From: Selaginella moellendorffii
Lineage: Eukaryota > Plantae > Lycopodiophyta
Length of the DNA: 64,000 nucleotides
Direction: 5' to 3'
NCBI RefSeq assembly: GCF_000143415.4
Contig: NW_003314310.1
Location: 614,611-678,610 of the forward strand
The first letter of the stretch is position 1. Every line of letters starts with the position of its first letter. Below the pieces are notes generated by a model. It worked only from the letters and a program-made list of their open reading frames with translations, searched no databases and had not been told where the DNA came from. Below are positions 61,211 through 64,000 of this stretch, piece after piece. Both the position numbers and the translations under genes were made by a program.

Positions 61211-61472
61211 TCGTGATTTTGCGAGGTCCATGCCAGAGTTGATCGAATCGAAAGACCCTCCCAAGGAAATCACTGGTAAAAGTCTGATTTTTTCTAACAG
61301 CTCTTCTTGATTTTGCGAGGTCCATGCCAGAGTTGATCGAATCGAAAGACCCTGCAAGGAAATCACTGGTAAAACTGTGATCTTTTCTAACAGCTCTTCG
61401 TGACTTTTGCGAGGTCCATGCCAGAGTTTCTCGAATCAAAAGACCCTCCAAGGAAAAATCACCGGTAAAAAT
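61211..61472. repeat. Three tandem ~94-bp repeats between the convergent TBL and SAUR 3' ends
   Basis: TGATTTTGCGAGGTCCATGCCAGAGTT... starts at 61214, 61308 and 61401. Confidence 0.9.
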
Positions 61473-61651
61473 GTGACAGCGTGAGTTTGCGGGGATCATG
61501 TCGCTTTCTTTGAAGAAATCGCGCAAAGAAAAAGGAGAAACTCGAAGATCTTACAAGAGAGATCTGCGAACCAGCATGACTCCATCATGATCAAAGAGAA
61601 GCAGTGCTGGGAGTACACGAAAAAGAAGGAAGAAAAGAGAAGCTTTTAAAG

Positions 61652-62119
61652 TCACCGAAAGGCACTCCGTATCAAAGCGATCCTTTTGCGCAGCGAGCGC
61701 TTCTCCTTTCTCTCGTGCTTGCTCTCGAGCGCCTCCAGGCGGAATGATTCCTCCGCTTGCTCCACCGCCAACTCAAACAGCTCCACATTGCACGGCAGGG
61801 CCAGGCTGCCACTCTGCGCGAATCCAAACTCCTCCTCGCACTGTTCCAGGAGGATCCTCACGGACGCGTGACCCAGGCAGCGAATCGGCAGCAGGAATCG
61901 CTGGCGGGCGCTCCCGACGTAGACCGGGAAGAAGCCTTTGCTGGGAGGATCGAGATCATCTATCACAGCGCGATTTTGAGAAGAAGAAGAGAAAGCAGGA
62001 GGAGGAGAAATCTGAGAAGAGGATTCCATTCTGGAGTAATCGCTCCTTGGCTGCTGCCATTGCCTCTGGAAGAGCGCCACAATGGCTCTCACTCGCTGGT
62101 GGAGATACGCGCAGCTCAT
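61652..62119 (-). CDS. SAUR: SAUR (small auxin-up RNA) family protein
   Basis: PSKGFFPVYVG..RQRFLLPI..LGH.....LLEQCEEEFGFAQSGSLALPCNVELFE; intronless. Confidence 0.93.
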   Translation of the reverse strand: MSCAYLHQRVRAIVALFQRQWQQPRSDYSRMESSSQISPPPAFSSSSQNRAVIDDLDPPSKGFFPVYVGSARQRFLLPIRCLGHASVRILLEQCEEEFGFAQSGSLALPCNVELFELAVEQAEESFRLEALESKHERKEKRSLRKRIALIRSAFR

Positions 62120-63353
62120 TGATCACTTCTATGATCAAATTCGATCCCCTGGAAGTCGAATGCTCTTCTCCTCTCGGGAAACCTGCGAGTTTATATCCCC
62201 GGTTTGTCGGGATGCCGGTCAGGGGCGATCGATCGGTCGACGATGATGCAACACTGCGGCATCAATCACCGGGACGAAAGGATGAATCTTTGGATTGGTC
62301 CGCTTGTCGGACGATCCCAGCATTGTTCCAAATCTCCCAGAAACAACGAGCTTAAATCCAAGCTAGCATTCCATAGCCGTGATACTTCCCGGGCCAGCAA
62401 AGGTACTTCTCCGTGCGCAGGGGAGGACTCCTTGTCGTACTGCCTTGGCTGCTTGATCACAGAAAAATGGATCTCGGCGAGAATCCTTTGTCCGATCGCG
62501 CGGCTTTGTTCCAAAACAACGCGCGTCAATCCAAGAATCGAAGCCTTCCGTTCATCCAACACGTCAGCCCTAACCGACACGCAAGCCCTAATTTAGTCAC
62601 GTCAGCCCTAACGGATCCGACGGCTCTTGCTCTTGCTATCGATCCGACGGCTCGCGATCTTGTTGACAGAGAAAGAGAATCTTTCAGATGAGAGGATCAG
62701 GATACCGCATTAGTTTAGGCTAAAATATCTCCGTATTATCTCGTTAATCTCTGCATTATCGGTGTGGATGAGAAGAAAAAACAAAGAGAACAAGGGATAG
62801 ACAATCCAGTGCGAGGGGACCCATTTTTCGGTGAAGTGTTTGGAGACACGCCGAGGTAAAGCAAAGGGCAAGCAAAGAAGAGATCGCAAGCAAAGCTTTG
62901 GAGCGAGGGCGAGCGAGGGCTATGGCGAGCGAGTCAGTCGAGTGTGGGAGAATTTGTGGGCGGCGGCGCCGCTCCTCCCAGCCCGCGCTGTGGCGTTGAG
63001 TTGGGTCGCCGGGGAATGGGTGATTCTTCGCTGCATTCTTTGATTTCGGTGCTGCCCTGATCATGTAGAGGTAAAATTCGCTGTGCCTGCTTTGGGGATT
63101 TTTATCTTTTTTCTTGTTTGAGGGAGGGATGCATTGCGTGGTTTGGGCTGTCTAGAGGTTGGTCTCGTTTCATCTTTGCTTCTCTTTCCTTCCTCCGAGA
63201 AAAAGCTTGTGTATATAGTAGTCCTTGTACAGTTTTTTTTCTTTCTTTCTTGTCTATCTCTTCGAGGTTTTCTTGTGAATCCCCCTCTTTTTTTCCTCTT
63301 TTCTTCTTTCTTTTTCCTCTCTTTGCGATTGATTCCGGAAAGGGCAAACCAAT

Positions 63354-64000
63354 ATGTGCTTGCTTCTCGGCTATGGCAAATCCTTCAAGGAATCCCTCAA
63401 AGCTTTGGAAGCTGACATCCAACATGCCAACACACTGTAAGTTTCTCTCGAGCCTTAAAAACATGGTTTTGATCCATCTCTTTTATCTTCCTCGCGCTCG
63501 AGCTCGAGCTTATCTATCTTACACCCAAAACAACAAAGAAGATAAAAAAATTAAAAATTCCTCAGATAGTTGGCTTGCTTGTCACCTTGCGTTCTTGTCC
63601 CGTAACGATCATGCAATCGTTTTCGATGTCGTGTCAAGTTTTTTTCGAATCTCTGCATACTTTTCTTCCCTTTGTATTGAAACTAAGCTGTATACACTTT
63701 GTGTTCTTGGTTGCTTGCAGGGCTCTAGATTATCCTCGCGAGTACGATGGCGTCTGCCTCCAAATGCGGCTATCTTACAGCCCCGCCGCGCATTTCTTCC
63801 TATTTTTATTCCAGTGGGCCGACTGTAGCCTCGCTGGTGCTCTCGGCCTCCTCCGGATTCTCATCTACAAGGTAGAAGTTTGGAGAGTTTCCTTTGATCT
63901 TTTGTTCCGAGCGGTGCTTCTTGCTTGGATCAATCCGACTGACTTTCGCGCTCTCGTCTCTGTTTGATTAGGTGCTGCGTGATGGAACCACGACAATGTC
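63354..64000 (+). CDS. AIRP2: AIRP2-like RING E3 ubiquitin ligase, 5' exons (63354-63436, 63721-63871, 63972 to the edge)
   Basis: KSFKESLKALEADIQHANTL|ALDYPREYDGVCLQMRLSYSPAAHFFLFLFQWADCSLAGALGLLRILIYK|VLRDGTTTMS with canonical splice sites. Confidence 0.88.

Noticed and set aside
61211-61472. CRISPR-like array
   Set aside because: Whole units repeat with no unique spacers, the context is eukaryotic, and there are no cas genes.
63118-63828. 236-aa ORF upstream of and over the AIRP2-like gene
   Set aside because: It runs through pyrimidine-rich UTR/intron sequence; the spliced AIRP2-like frame explains the region.

Overview
Eukaryotic land-plant DNA; the short introns, PLS-class PPR genes and TE repertoire suggest a lycophyte such as Selaginella (inference). 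About 59 kb of the window is a rearranged, repeatedly duplicated module [NTPase-nuclease gene] - [PLS-PPR +] - [P-PPR -] - [TBL +] filled with nested mobile elements. Only the right end carries ordinary, apparently intact genes: a TBL acetyltransferase, a SAUR and the 5' part of an AIRP2-like RING E3. Highlights: (1) two copies of a ~980-aa P-loop NTPase + PD-(D/E)xK-like protein of the Crinkler/RHS (CR)-type architecture; one is intact, and a 13-bp inverted repeat sits at the homology boundaries, so this may be an undescribed TIR element. (2) A ~19.9-kb composite Helitron (11853-31728) whose empty A|T target site is visible at 39767/39768; it carries fragments of CYP450, GRWD1 and VDE genes plus a RepHel remnant. 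(3) Nested in it, an endonuclease-less, two-ORF Penelope-like retroelement with 517-bp terminal direct repeats, itself interrupted by a gag-only LTR element. (4) Two Cassandra-type TRIMs with 5S rRNA-derived promoter boxes and 5-bp TSDs. (5) A hAT with TIRs, an 8-bp TSD and an in-window empty site, plus further Gypsy and LINE remnants. All assignments come from reading motifs by eye; no searches were run.
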